A stretch of 64,000 bases of DNA, taken from positions 62,001 to 126,000 of the forward strand of contig NW_003314432.1 in assembly GCF_000143415.4 (NCBI RefSeq). The letters are read 5' to 3'. Position numbers and translations under genes: made by a program. Each line of letters begins with the position of its first letter. The first letter of the stretch is position 1. This document shows positions 12,593 to 26,159 of this stretch, one piece after another. Source of the stretch: Selaginella moellendorffii. Taxonomy: Eukaryota; Plantae; Lycopodiophyta. The notes beneath the pieces were generated by a model, which saw nothing but the letters and a program-made list of their open reading frames with translations, was not told where the DNA came from and did no database searches.

Positions 12593-13259
12593 AAGAGAAA
12601 CTACAAGAGGATATGTATATTTCATGGATACACTTTTCAGGTATGAGAAACAAGAGCCAGCCCTCTACCCTTTGAGCTCATGGAAAGTACCCTTGCATGG
12701 AGGTGGCAACTGGTTAAACTTGAGAAGTTAGCTTGTCTGGAGGACCTCCTGTTGCTCCTGCTTCCTCGCCACAAAATCACACCTGCAAACACACGTCCAA
12801 ACATTGAATTTGTAGTTCTCAGATTTAAAAGCTTTGAAAATAAATTAGAACAACTTTTTGCCGAAACCGTCGGTCAACTATATGTAGTCAACGTGACGAC
12901 CATTATTAAAATGTTTTTAATTTATAAACACAAAATTATTCTAAATAAATATCAACAATTAAATTATAGAATATTCAAGAATACCCAGGTATATCCTATG
13001 TTGGTTTGCTTAAGCAAACCAAAAATATAGTGCCTAAATTGAAGAAATACTCAAAGGTGTAAATGACTATAACTTAACTGAAGCCATAAAAGATAGGTAT
13101 TGTGGAAAAATAAAGAATATAAATTTAACAAAATTGATATGTGTGCAAATACTAAACAGGTCATACACCTTGTGGGTGTTCTTTTGCAAATAGCCTGCAG
13201 AAAAAAAGCTCAAGCTCCTGATCCATCTTCCACAGTCATATATCATATATATTAAAGAG

Positions 13260-15124
13260 GCATTGGGCTCGTCACTCCAAGATAATACACCTTTCAAATG
13301 GCTAACATAAAATACCAAATGAATTTTCACCCCAGCTGGTAGCCACACTCAATAAACCACCTACTGATGTGCTCCAGCACTTCATATAGACTAGCATACC
13401 AATGAAAAAGTTTATCACTCTTCCCATTCCACAAAGGCACTAAAGTGTTCTACTGCTCATTTGATAAAAAGATCACTCGCACAAAGATAAGATCACCCAC
13501 TTTATATTCCCAGAATTGGCGATGCTCATTAGCAAACTTCTCCGCTCTATCCTGAGCTATTTGCAAATTCTGTTTGCACACCACTAGAATTTCATCAAGT
13601 TCCGTAGCCAAATTAGTCACCTCTGAATCAAGCTTTTCTTAAGCATCCTTACTCAAATGCAATTCCAGCTCCACCGCTGTTTGAGGATGCCTTCCAAACA
13701 TTGCAAAGTAAAGATTTAATTTGGTTTCACTGTGTTAGCTATTGTTGTAGGCAAATTGCACCAATGGAAGATATAGATCCCACTATCCCTATTTTTGATC
13801 AATGCTACAACGTAGTATATCCTCCACCACTTGATTCACATGCTCGGTTTACTCATCTGTTTAAGGATGATCTCCATTTGAGAGTTTTAGAGTCACTTGC
13901 ATAGCGTTTGCAAAACTCTTCCAAAATCCACTAGTGAACTTTGAATCTCAATTGCTAACGATGTCCTCTGGCAAACCAAAATCAAGAAAGACCTTCTCCA
14001 AGTAGACCGCAACCAAGTCTAAGGCAGTGACACTCTTTTGAAGAGCCAACAACCGCACATACTTCGTTAAGCGATCCACTATGACCCATACTTGCTCCTT
14101 TTGCTTCTGTGTTTATGGCAAACAAATGATGAAGTCCATAAAGATACTACACTAATGGCTCTAAGGAATAAGTAAATGTTGCAAAAGTCCCCTTGGCTTC
14201 TCCTGTGGCACCTTTACCTATTGATAGAGCTCACATGACTTACAGTACTCAAGGATATTAGCCTTCATATTCCTCTAATAAAAATTATGCTTAATCAACT
14301 CATATATCTTCTTCCCCCCAAAATGATCAGCCTTTGAACAATCATGATAGTGGAATAAAACTTGAGTAATTAATGCATCCACCCGTGGCAAATACACATG
14401 GCCATTTTAGTAAAGAATCCCATCCACCAATGAGAAAGGTGCTTCTATCTGGGCTTGCAACGAGACCACCTCAACATCCTGAGCTTGAGCACGCTCAACT
14501 AATTGCCCAAACTTGCTAACCACCTTACTCAAATGATAATAGAACCATGTTTGTAATGTCATTACATGGCAAACACAAGATAAAGCATCTGCCACCATAT
14601 TCAATTTTCCCAGATAATGCTCAATAAGAAACTCCCCAAACTCCATGAGTTTGACCATCCAATGAGCTTACCTAGTATTCAACTCTTTTTGTGTGAAAAA
14701 ATATATAAGGGGTTTGTGATCTGTCAACACTGTGACCACTACACCATAAAGATAGTGTTGCCACGTCTGCAAAGTATGAACAATGAAGAGTAACTCTTAC
14801 TTATATATGGAATAACGTTGCTCCGCAGGATTCAAAGTTTGACTCTCATATGCAATAGGTTGTCCTTTTTGCATGAGAACTCCTCCTAGTGCATAACCAC
14901 TTGCATCACATGTCACCTCATAAGGTTTTGATGGATTAACAATGCGAAGCATTAGAGCCTTACTCAACAACCGTTTCAATGCCACAAAACTATCCTTATG
15001 TGGCTTCTTTCACTCGAATGGCACATCCTTGTGCAACAATTATATTAAAGGAATAGCCATCTCTGCAAACTTATGTTGAAATGTCGGTAGTAACTAGCCA
15101 TACCAAGGAAACTGCGTAACTCAG
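13260..15124 (-). mobile_element. Degenerate Ty3/gypsy pol fragment (RNase H-integrase)
   Basis: KPYEVTCDASGYALGGVLMQKGQPIAYES, GKLNMVADALS, SMDFIICLP, VDRLTKY, LPAGVKIHLVFYVSHLK. Truncated at 15124 by an LTR. Confidence 0.85.
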
Positions 15125-15780
15125 TGTCACGAATGTGACTTCAGGTATCAAAAGTTACCTATCGGCTAGTCCTTTCGAATATTTTTTCTTTACTGCCACG
15201 ACAGTAGGAGGTTAATATTGTTAAACCCTTTATTAATCCCTTTTATTCAAGTGTTAGTAAACTGGATTTTGCATCTGTACTTGGCCGGATGAGCATAAGG
15301 ATGGAATTCCTAAGTGTCTATTCAGCCAAACATATTTGGCCCAGCTTTTGAGTTCTTTTTTGCTCTGTCTTGCACTGGCTTGACAAGGACCCTTGCATAT
15401 TAAGATTAGTCCCTCAATATCGTTGGATGATAGCTTACCATATTTGCTAAACACCCTCACTATCATGCCCTTTGTGTTAATTTCATTTAAATCCCAAATA
15501 CTATTTATAGAAAGTGTCTAGATTTGCTCATTTGGCATATCTACGGAATGTAGAGATTGTCATGAACACAATGGTGTTCATTCTATGTCCAAATTCACAA
15601 TCTAAAGATATTCTATATTTAGTAAGCTTCAAGTTTGTCCCAAAGAGTAACTCTTGATACTAAGGGAGGCTTGGGTTGAAAACTCAAAGTGTGAAGGCCC
15701 ATGGAGGGTTTAAGTTCTGTTTCGTGGTTATTCTATGGTAAATCACTATAGGATAAAGGGTAAAAACTATGTGTGTTATA
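15125..15780 (+). repeat. LTR with an internal deletion (same family as the solo LTR at 49438-50545)
   Basis: Starts TGTCACGAATGTGACTTCAGGTATC, matching 49438. Ends ...aaatcactataggataaagggtaaaa...ttata. Lacks ~500 bp of the middle. Confidence 0.8.
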
Positions 15781-16479
15781 TTTTGTCTCAGAAGATATAA
15801 TATGATAATTAGTTGTTCTATTTAATAGTTTATGGCTTTATGCAATACCATATGTTCTTTGTGGTTTGCTTTAGATTGGTCTCTTGGGTTTGAGACATTA
15901 GTAGAATGTTGCTGACACGTGTTTAAGCAACTTGAGTTCCTTCGTATTATTGACTGGGATTTATTTAGATTAGCTAGTGTAATGGTTAGCATGACTAAAT
16001 GTTTGTTAGTCTTACCACATTCCTTCTGTTTTGTTGATTGTTGCTCGAGTTAGTTTTGATAGATTAGGATGTTATTTCCTTCAAGTGATACATTCGCGAG
16101 TATTTTGTTTATCAGTTAATAATACTTTGTATTCTTTGAGTTATCTTTAGTGAGTTGTTTGGCATGCTATTTACAATCTTTACTAATTAAGTTTTATCAT
16201 TGAGTTTTTTGATGATACACTGACTATTGAATTTTGTTGGATGGTGAATCCTATGTTTCCAAAAATAATGATCTTGGTGGTTCCTGTGCTCTACTACTAG
16301 TTTATCGAATGAAAACTTACTTAAAATACTTTTGTGTTCTCATCTAAGATATATTCACTGATAATTAAGTCTCTAAGATATCATTGTCTAATAACTTTGA
16401 TATTATTCATTTATTGATCTTTGAGTTTGGGCCAGTATAGGTAGATTGGCTTCAACACTTTATATGCATAGTGAAATCT

Positions 16480-17721
16480 TGCTGGACCCTTTATCATCCC
16501 CTTTTGTTCAAGTGTTAGTAAACTGAACTTTGCATATATACTTGGCCAGATGAGCATAAGGAAGGAATTCCTAAGTGTCTATTTAGTTGAGCATACTCGG
16601 CCCGGCTTGTTAGTTCTCTTTTGCTTTGTGTTGCACTGGCTTGACAAGAACCCTCGCGTATTGAGACTAATCCTTCAATATCGCTGGATGATAGCTTATC
16701 ATATCTGCCAAACACCCTTGCTATCATACTCTTTGTGTTAGTCTTATTTTAGTCCCAAATGCTATTTATAGAAAGTGTCTAGATTTGCTCATTTGGCATA
16801 TCTATGGAATGTAGAGATTGATTTGAACACAATGGTGTTTATCCTGTGTCCAAATTTGCAATCTAGTGCCATTCCATATTTAGTAAGTTTTGAGCTTGTC
16901 CTAGAGACTAACTCTTAATACTAAGGGAGGCTTAGGGTGAAAGCCCAAAGCATATGTTCCTCAGAGGGGGGGGGTTCCAAATGTATAGTAGGGATAGTGG
17001 GTAGTGGGTAGGTTGGGCATAACTAACTAACTTGAGGCATAGTATAGCTCCTGCTTGCGTGCCTGTCCTTGTTCTACGTCCAGCTTGGTTTAAGCCCAAG
17101 TTCCATTCAGAAAAAGATAAGTTTCCTCTCCTGGTATGTACACACACCTTAAAATTCTGTGTTTTCATTCTTTCCAGGTTGGAGTGATAGTGCGCATAGT
17201 TTCGCAGTTTCTTTGATTATTCTTCCAAGCTTTAGATCTTTGGATCGGAACCTTGTTCAGGGGAATTAGATGAAAAAGTTCAACTTTAAAAAAGAGACTA
17301 TTACATGCTAGCTAGTGGAGTACCCATGTCCTTGCGTTAGGCCACCAGTATGCCGAAATAGTGCCAAACTCCGTTTGGCTCCATTTTGTGTGCTAGTCCT
17401 CACATTGGGATGTTGGTTGCTCCAAAACTATTCCAAGTCGCTCCAGGCTTCTATCCCTTCACTCCTTGGGCTATATGCTTGGGAGTTGCTCCATGGTCTG
17501 GTTTCATCACTCCTTGGCTCCATGCTTAGGAGTTTGGCACTGTTCCTTCGTTTAGTGGCCCAAGGCTCTGAACCTCGGGTTCCACACCATTATCCTTTGG
17601 ACACGTGGCATGTGACATGTGGCATGTGTCACGTGGCATAAAGAGGGTTTAGGTTCCGCTTCATGGTGTTATCCTATAGTAAATCACCATAGGATAAAGG
17701 GACAAAACCACATGCACTACA
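16480..17721 (+). repeat. 5'-truncated LTR of the same family
   Basis: Aligns to 49520-50545 and ends ...ccacatgcactaca. Confidence 0.85.
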
Positions 17722-18699
17722 TTGTGTAAACAACTCTAACTACTTGTCTACAATAATCTATTTAAACCTTACCAATGGGTTTGGTTTCTTTGCTCATAAT
17801 GGCTAAGGCCTTTAACTTCTCTCTCTATATCTGTGCGGGTAGGGGTGTATCACACTTTTGTAAGCTAGGTGACACCTAGAGCAACAAGGGTGGGTAACTC
17901 CATTAGTCATTTCCTTGTCAGTGACGGCCAAAAGATGTTTGAGGTTGTAGGGCATCCGCGTTAAACAAAGAGGTTACTATCACTCATTTAAATTGGCACA
18001 TTTCTCACATAGTGTGAATTCGTGCCTCTTCGGGCTTTGTTTTGGATGCCGCTTGTCTCTAGAAGTGCTCTGGTCCTAGGCTTTCCAAAAATACCAATAG
18101 CGCCTTAATATCAATCTACATCAATGACATACACATGTTTTTCCACAATATTGGCGTTCTAGACTACCTCTTCTTGGATTTTGGGGAATATTGAGGCAGC
18201 TTCTTCCCAAATTCCTGCGATAGAGGGTAGACGGGGCTGAGCCCTTTCCAACGAGCCCACCAATAGTCAAAATGGGAAAGGATCGAGACCAGAGGACTCA
18301 TTTTCTCTTTTGGGCTAAACTTTGTTGGGAGTTCCTTGGGAACGAAACAATCTTCAAGGAATAGAGGTTGGCATAGGAATAAGAACAAGAGGAGCGGGAA
18401 CAAGAGTTGGCCTAGGAACAGGGACAGTAAGAGCAGGCGCAGCGATAGGAGTTGGTGTTGGAGCAGGCGCAGGAGTAGGAGGGGGTTACCGATTATAGGT
18501 TACAGGTCCCTGGTTACTGGTTACTAGTTACCAGTTACCGGCTACTCCAGCAGCTACTCCGGCAGTCACCCTACGAATCAATGGCTATGTGCTCGAGGGC
18601 AACATCTCCTTCCATTTTCACCCTTGTTTCTCTTCGTCACAGGCATTTTGGGCAACTTTGAGTAGCTTGAGCACAAGTCTACAATCTTTCTGCTCCTGT

Positions 18700-21600
18700 C
18701 AACCCAATTTCCTTGGCCAGGCATTTATAGTGTTCAGGGTATTTGATGCTGGTACAAACTAGACATGCGACAAATTGGCACCCTTTTACCATACCTCAAG
18801 GCCCTAAGGTATGGAGTAAACTTTCTCACATCCAAAGGTAGCTTAGGTATGGCACAGCACCCTCATGGGCCAAGTCCTCTTCATCCTCAGCAGATTCTAG
18901 TGGCTTTGATCTACAAGCTATGGCGCAGCCACCTTTAGCTCGACCTCAACTCCATGTTTTGCAGAAGGGGAGTGATCTCCTAACCTTCTCAGGTGTTAGA
19001 ACAGTCTCTCCAACATCACATATTAGTCACTTTGATTACTACTGCACCACAAACATGATCGTCAACGATGATCGTATGTGCTGTGACTTCTTGCAGTCTC
19101 TCGAAGGCAAAGCAGTAACTTGGGCAGATTCTCTTCTCCCAGAGGACTGGACAGACTTCTAGACACTACTTGCTTCTTTTAGAGAACGTTTTATTGAAGA
19201 AAAACACAAATCGGCTACTTGTCAACCTCTTTTCGTTCCGGCAGGGTGCTCACGAGTCTGTTCCTGACTACATCACCCGGTTTCGAGCATACTAGAAGCA
19301 GTGTTGGGATCATAGAGTGGTCCAAGATGAGAAACAGGGGATCATGGCATTCACGGCAGGTCTGTGTGGGAACTTTCAGTGGAAACCTCTCAAGAAGACA
19401 TTCAAGTCTTGCCATGAGGCATTTTCATTTGCCACGAAGCTAGAAAGAGAGCTTCTGGTCGACCTAGGGATTGCTAGAGTTGATTTTGACCAAGCCATCA
19501 CCCCATTAGAGTCACCTTCTGCAGCTATTCGCTGTCCACACAAAAGCCCATCACTATTGAGCATACACCTCTGGCCCTTCAGAACTTTGCTAATGAGATG
19601 TGGCAGTTGAAGGAGATCATTCTTCAGCAATAATCACACCATGACAAATTGCTCCAGGAGCTGGTGGAGTCCAAGAAAGAGGTCGCTACAGCTCGGGAAT
19701 GCAGATTTAAGTCCCATTGGTGCACTCACTGTAAGAGGAACACACACAACACGCAGTGCTGCTTGAAGCTTCATCCAAAGCTTTGGCCTCCACCTTCTCA
19801 ATGTGTCCAACAACATCCCTTTGCTAATAATTCCACATCGTCTCGAGGTCTAGAGATATATCAAGAGTAGTTGGAGTGACATGCAATTGAGGCAGCCCCT
19901 TCGTCAAGCAACGGCAAGGCACCAGCCTCATTGGTCAACACAATTTTGCTAGTTGAGGAACTCTATAGGCAACAATAGCAAATCGTAGCCACTCAAGCCC
20001 AAGTGAAGAAGAAGGCAACCGCTCAGCTTACCATAGATCCCTCGGTGTCAGTTGAGAGTGAATCTCTATTAGCACTAGATCTAGTGACACAGAGGGTGGC
20101 TTGTAAACTCCCCTTCAAGTCATTACTCTCTTCTCCTCCTGAGATATTACCAATAGCTATTCTTGTTCTAGAGCCGGTTCTTCAACAACTGGTTGACACT
20201 CCCGTCACCTTTTCGCTCCAAGATATGTTATATCTTGTCCCAGGATTCGGCCAGCATGTAGAGGAGTTTGCACGGTCAGGAACACCAGAGAGCACTCTCA
20301 AGAGAACTCCTCAAGAGGTGCACATTGTTGACATGATAAGATATGGTGGAGATCTTGGTCCATTCTTTGTCTTGGTCCAGATTGGTACTTCCTCTTGTAG
20401 GATGGATGTTTTGGTTGACTTTGGTTTTGGAAGTAATATTATCTCTCTTGAAGCTGCCCTTTCAGCACAACTACAAATCACTGAGAGCTCCTCCATCATG
20501 CTCAAGACCTTCGCCAACCACACCGTTCCTCTAGCGGGCATTTGGTGTGGTGTCAAGGTCTCAATGTAGGATGTTATTTCTGAGGTAGATTTCCTCGTGG
20601 TTGACTACCAATGTCTTGGAACATCCTCTTTGAAAGACTCTATCATCCTTGGCTGCTCATGGCAAGTCACAGCCCATTGCACCATTGATAGTGCGCAAGG
20701 CAAGATGGCAATTAGCGATGGAACCCATAGTGCCACCTTTCTCAACAACCACAGTAGAGCTCTTTCTCAGCAAGCCTAGCAGGCTCAGACTAAGATGGCC
20801 TCCGCACCACACTTCCCTCCTAAGCTCACAGAGGTTTTTCCTGAGTTGGAGGTGGAGTCGACCATCTATATGACGGGTGCTTTCTCATGCAATGTGATTG
20901 ACATGGTTGGAGGCAAGTTAGATAGCTTGAGACATCTTGCCACGCCCTCTTTATTTGATGGTGGGGCTTATAGGGTACGGGCTCCCATATCTAGCTTTTC
21001 GGAGTGTTTCTTGATAGAGGAAGGGCTTCTCAATTTTTTTCTCGCATGGGACCAACTCTCTCTTATGGAGCTTGATGACACAGTCACTCTAGACCAGGCC
21101 CATCTTTCACAGGACACAGTTGAACTCAATCCTTCTCAACAACTATCTAAGGTGTCACACAGCCAGCATCTTCCTACTAAAATCACGGTAGCTGATGAGT
21201 CTGAGCGTATTTTGTCATGACGTTTCTTGGAGATGGAGGATGACATCTAGACACAGAATCAACAGAAAGAATCAAGCCAATCGGACATGCTACATGCGAG
21301 TTATAGCTCTTTGAGTTCAGAATTTCCTACCGTGGAGTCCCCAGTACTCCAACCACCAGAACAACAACTTCCTTTCAAAATTCCCATCACGACGGGTATA
21401 GAGGCTTTTGGAGTGTGCCTTTGCCAATGTTCACAGCCTAGAAAGCCACCACATGCAACATACTATGCCTCACATTTGTTCAAGGAGACTGAAAAGAAGT
21501 ACGTAGATGCGGAAAAAGAAGCGGTGGCTATTGTTTATACCTTGGAGCGATTTTGTCACTTTCTCGCTAGAGCCTGTATCCATTTCCATATCTGTTTTAC

Positions 21601-22420
21601 TGTGCTAACCTTTCTTTTACAGCGACCAGTTCACACTCCTCGAACTTTATCTTGGATTGTGACCATCCAAGAGTTCCAACCAACTTTTCACATGCAGCAG
21701 AAGCGTGTGATGGATCCAAGGCATTGGCATGAGCACTTGGTTATGGCATTGTGGGCCTTTTAGACATCCTTCAAGACATCCATCTCCACGACCCCATTCT
21801 CCCTTGTCTATGGGACAAAAGCTGTGCTTCCAGTGGAGATCCAAGTGCCATCACTCTCACTTTCACTTCGATATGCAGTAGCGATGCAACTTAGTGATGA
21901 GGACAAGCTTCATACGCGTGACTTGGAGGTGCTTACCTTGGAAGAATAGTGATGATCCACAACTGAACATCTCCTTCGGGGCAAGTAGAAGATTAAGTCT
22001 GTCATTGATCACCAATAGTCTGCCGAACCATTTGAGGATGGCGATCTTGTTCTACTCAAGGAGTTTACGCCACCATTGAAGTTCTCCCCTTGCTAGACCG
22101 GCCCCTACTTTGTCCAGCGACACATCGGAGGTGGAGTATATATGCTAGTTGATGCTGATGGACGTGAGCTCCCACACACTCACAACCACTCTCACCTCAA
22201 ATGCTTCATCCGGTGAGGCGTTCCTCTTCTCTCATTTTTCTTTTTCTTCCTTTCTTTCACTTTATTTTCACGGCTCTTTTTCTTACTTTTAGGGGGTGTT
22301 TCTCCATTGGACCATGGCCCATGCCTTGGATTTCGTGCTTATGCTGCATTGCCATTTGTATGGAGGTTCTTTGCTTGGCTCGGTCTATGTTCCAGGTTTT
22401 TTGGCCCTTCCCTTACTATT
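18700..22420 (+). mobile_element. Internally deleted Ty3/gypsy-like element (gag, protease, RNase H, integrase C-terminus; no RT seen)
   Basis: Gag FLQSLEGKAVTWADSL, Zn-knuckle-like WCTHCKRNTHNTQCC, protease VLVDFGFGSNIIS, RNase H YYASHLFKETEKKYVDAEKEAVAIVY, integrase tail LWAF*TSFKTSISTTPFSLVYG. Possible PPT agggggTG at ~22291-22298. Confidence 0.75.
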
Positions 22421-25400
22421 ACTAGTACCACAACAATCGACAATAGAGACCACCTCTGCAATAACTAAACTATCAATAGCAAAATCAACAATATGATCCA
22501 CCACCCAGAGTATTTCCTCTTAACAACTATCAATAGCAACCTCAAACTCAAAAAATACGACTTCAATACTAACAACAACAAATCAAGGAAATCGACCTCC
22601 TCAGCAAGATCAACAACATTGAAGATCTCCTCCAACAACAAGAAATGTCAACATTGACTAAATCGAAGATGAACACTTTGAAGATGAACCTGAGATAAAA
22701 GCTCTAACTCCAAGTCGGAAAAAACACTACACTCCTGAAGATGATCTTGAGGAAAAGTCAAAGAACAAGAACTCCAAAACAAAGTGCAAGAAATCTCAAG
22801 GCATAAATGGCAACAAAGCAAGGAGCTAGTCAACATAATTCAGCAAACCCTTTAACAACAACAACCTGAAGTTGAAGATGATCAGGAAATTGTGACTAAA
22901 ACTCTATTAAGAAAAAAGGAACAACCAAAGTCTATCATCAACATTCTTCAACAAGGTATCACACTCACCCTTCTAAAACTTTCACATGTAGCTTCATACT
23001 TGAGAAAACAACTTCTCAAAATATGTCAAGCTTCTCCACCAAAAAACTTCAGCTCAAGTCAAGAAAAAAAACTACCAACTCATCCCATAAGGCAAACACC
23101 CAACCTAGCAACTATGATGAAGATGTACCATACATCCCAATCACGTTAGGAAAGAACAAAGTTATATAAATAATCATCAACAGTAGAGAAAATACCAACA
23201 TTATCAAGTATTCAACTTGCAAAGCAATGGGACTTGGACCAATCCACTCTACACCCTTCAACGTCAAGATGGCTGACGATCGAAGTGTACAACCATCAGG
23301 AATCGTGCACAACATTCCTATCAAGATTAAAGATCAAGAATTTAAAGTAGCTTTCATTGTACTCAAGATGGCAAAAGACCAAAGTTGCTACAAAGTACTC
23401 CTCAAATGAACTTGGCTCAAGACAATAGACATTATCACATATTGGAGGAATAATACCATCACCCTTGGAGGACATAAAGATGCTCCACAACTATCTACCA
23501 GTATTCTAAAGAAGATTGCAAAGACATTTTAACTAACCACAATCAAACAATATGACTAGAATGAAGGACTCTACAGCTATGAAGAAGCTCAAATTCTCAA
23601 GGCATACCCTGAATTAAAAGTACTAATCTAAGTCAATCTCAACCAAATTATCTTGAAGAAAAAAAGCAATCAAGATCCTCAACTTCAAAATGTAGATTTC
23701 CAACACCAGGATTTGAAAGAAAAGACAACACCAGCACACATGAAAAAACAATGAGAACATTCAAGCATCAAACTTGAATCAGCCTTCAAATGAATCCCAA
23801 TATACAAACCAAAGTCAAGGAAAAGCTTGACAAACTCGAAAATGTTAGATTCATCTTCCCAATTCAAAATCCAAAATGGCTATCACCACTAGTCATTGTC
23901 CCCAAGAAAAATAACAAGCTTAGAATTTGTGTCAACTATAAGAATCTCAATGATACAACTCAAAAGGACACCTTTTCTTCCATTCTCTGATGAAATTTTT
24001 GATGCAGTTGCAGGAAATGAGATGTACTCCTTTCTTAATGGCTTCAGTAGACACAATCAAGTACACATTGCACCTGAAGATCAACACAAGATGGCTTTCA
24101 TCAATCCATGGGGAGCATATACCTACCTTCACATGCTTTTCATTTTCTCTAATGCACCATTCATGTTTTAATGAATCATCATTGACACTTTTGGAGAATA
24201 CCTCACCAAATTTATGCGAGTATTTATGGATGACTTTAATGTCTTTAGTAACAAAGAAGAACATCTCCAATGCTTAGAGAAATGCTTCATCAAATGCCAT
24301 GAATACAATATCACATAAACCCTAACAAGTGCATTTTCTTCGTCAAATCAGGAATTTTACTCAGACATGTAGTTTCCAAAGAAGGAATCCTCATCCACAA
24401 GGACAAAACCCTCACAATCACCAACATACAACATCCATTTGACATTTCAACCTTCGATCATTCCTCGGTAAGATGGGATACCATTAAAGATTCATCAAAG
24501 ACTATGCCAAGATTGCAAAACTTAACACCGAACTCCTCAAGAAGAATCAAGTTTACAATTGGACTCAAGATTGTCAAAATGCCTTCAATAACCTCAAGAA
24601 TTCCCTCACCCAAGCTCCAATACTTGCTCAACCAAACTGGAACAAAGACTTCAACATCCAAGTCGACGCCTCCAACTATGCCCTCAGAAAGATCCTTTTG
24701 CAACAATAAGAAGATCATAAAGACCAACCAATCTACTATGCAAGTCGAAGACTCAACTCAGCTGAAATGAATTACACTACAACTGAAAAAGAGGCTCTAG
24801 CAATGATCTACGCACTCCAAAAGTTTTGATACTACCTACTCGGTAACTTCCTCCACCTTCTCAACAAAACAATCCTCATTGGGAGAATTGCACGATGGTT
24901 CTTACTACTTCAAGAATACAACTTCGAGATCATCTACAAGCTTGGAAGAGAACATGAATACCTAAGTTGTATTACAACCGATGAACAACTAAAACACAAC
25001 ATGGATGACTTTCCTGACTCTAATATCCTTTGAATCCACATATCACCAACCTAAATGGACAACATCTACTACTACCTCACAACAGCAACAATACCAAGTT
25101 GATATTCAACCTCCAACAAGTGCAAGCAATTTGTCTTGAGGACAAGACTATATTCAATCGTGGGAAGAAAATTGTATAAACAAAGAAGAAACAACATTTT
25201 ATGAAGATATGCAAACCCAGAAGAAACATAAGATCTACTTGAAGAAGCCTACTATGGACAAGTAGGAGGACATTTTGCTGAAAAAATCACAGCTTGAAAA
25301 ATTTTACAAGCAAGACTTTGGTGGCCAACACTTTGGCACAACTAAGCCAAATTCTGTAAAAAATGCGACATCTACCAACGAACCAAGTATACACCAAAGA

Positions 25401-26010
25401 AATAAACTCAAGAACTTCATCCAAAAACTCCACTCGAATCTTTTCAATGATGGGGACTTAACTTTGTTGGTCCACTTATGACAAACTCCAAACAAAACTA
25501 GTACATTTTAATTGCAATAAACTACATGACAAAATGGGCTGAAGCTCAACCAATAAAGATTGCTATAATAAAGAACATAACAAAGTTCATCTATAAAAAC
25601 ATCATCACAAGTTATAACTTACCTTGAGAACTTATCACGGATCAAGGAACACACTTCATTAATGAAACCATCAAAATTCTGACTCAAAAATTCACTATCT
25701 AGCACAAGGCTTCAACCATACTACCCTCAAGACAATAGTCAAGCAGAGTCTACAAACAAGACACTCAAAAACATCCTCATGAAAATCGTGAAAATAAATT
25801 AGAAAGACTGGGACAATCATATCTATAATGCCTTGTAGGCATATCAAATCATATATAAAGTTTTAACAAATTTGACGCCATTTAAGCTCACCTACGGCTT
25901 TAAAGCTTTGACACCACTTGAGTACATTGTTCCATCACTACAAATGGCAATACAATACAAAGTCAATCAAGAAGAATCAATCAAAAGAAGACTAACCATG
26001 CTAGAATAAC
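22421..26010 (+). mobile_element. Degenerate Ty3/gypsy (Athila/Tat-like RT) element, family A copy 1
   Basis: Protease, RT (WLSPLVIVPKKNNKLRICVNYKNLND, EMYSFLNGFS, VFMDDF), RNase H (VDASNYA, YTTTEKEALAM) and integrase. Inverted homolog at 46931-51470. Confidence 0.88.
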
Positions 26011-26159
26011 TTATTGCTAGCTAAGATCCTTTAACTATCTTGTTTTGAAGCTTTGGAATGCTCAAGGAGTTTTTTCTAACTCAGCAAAGGTGTTGCTTCA
26101 TATGATGGCTGAGGCTAACTATTATCAAACAGTTCTTTTGATAGAGTTATGCAATCTCA

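Larger units (their letters stand above)
7389..13205 (+). repeat. Segmental duplication copy 1 (SEC16/PPR/fucosidase block)
   Basis: Colinear high-identity match to 55391-58388 and 60981-63800, with small indels. Confidence 0.92.
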
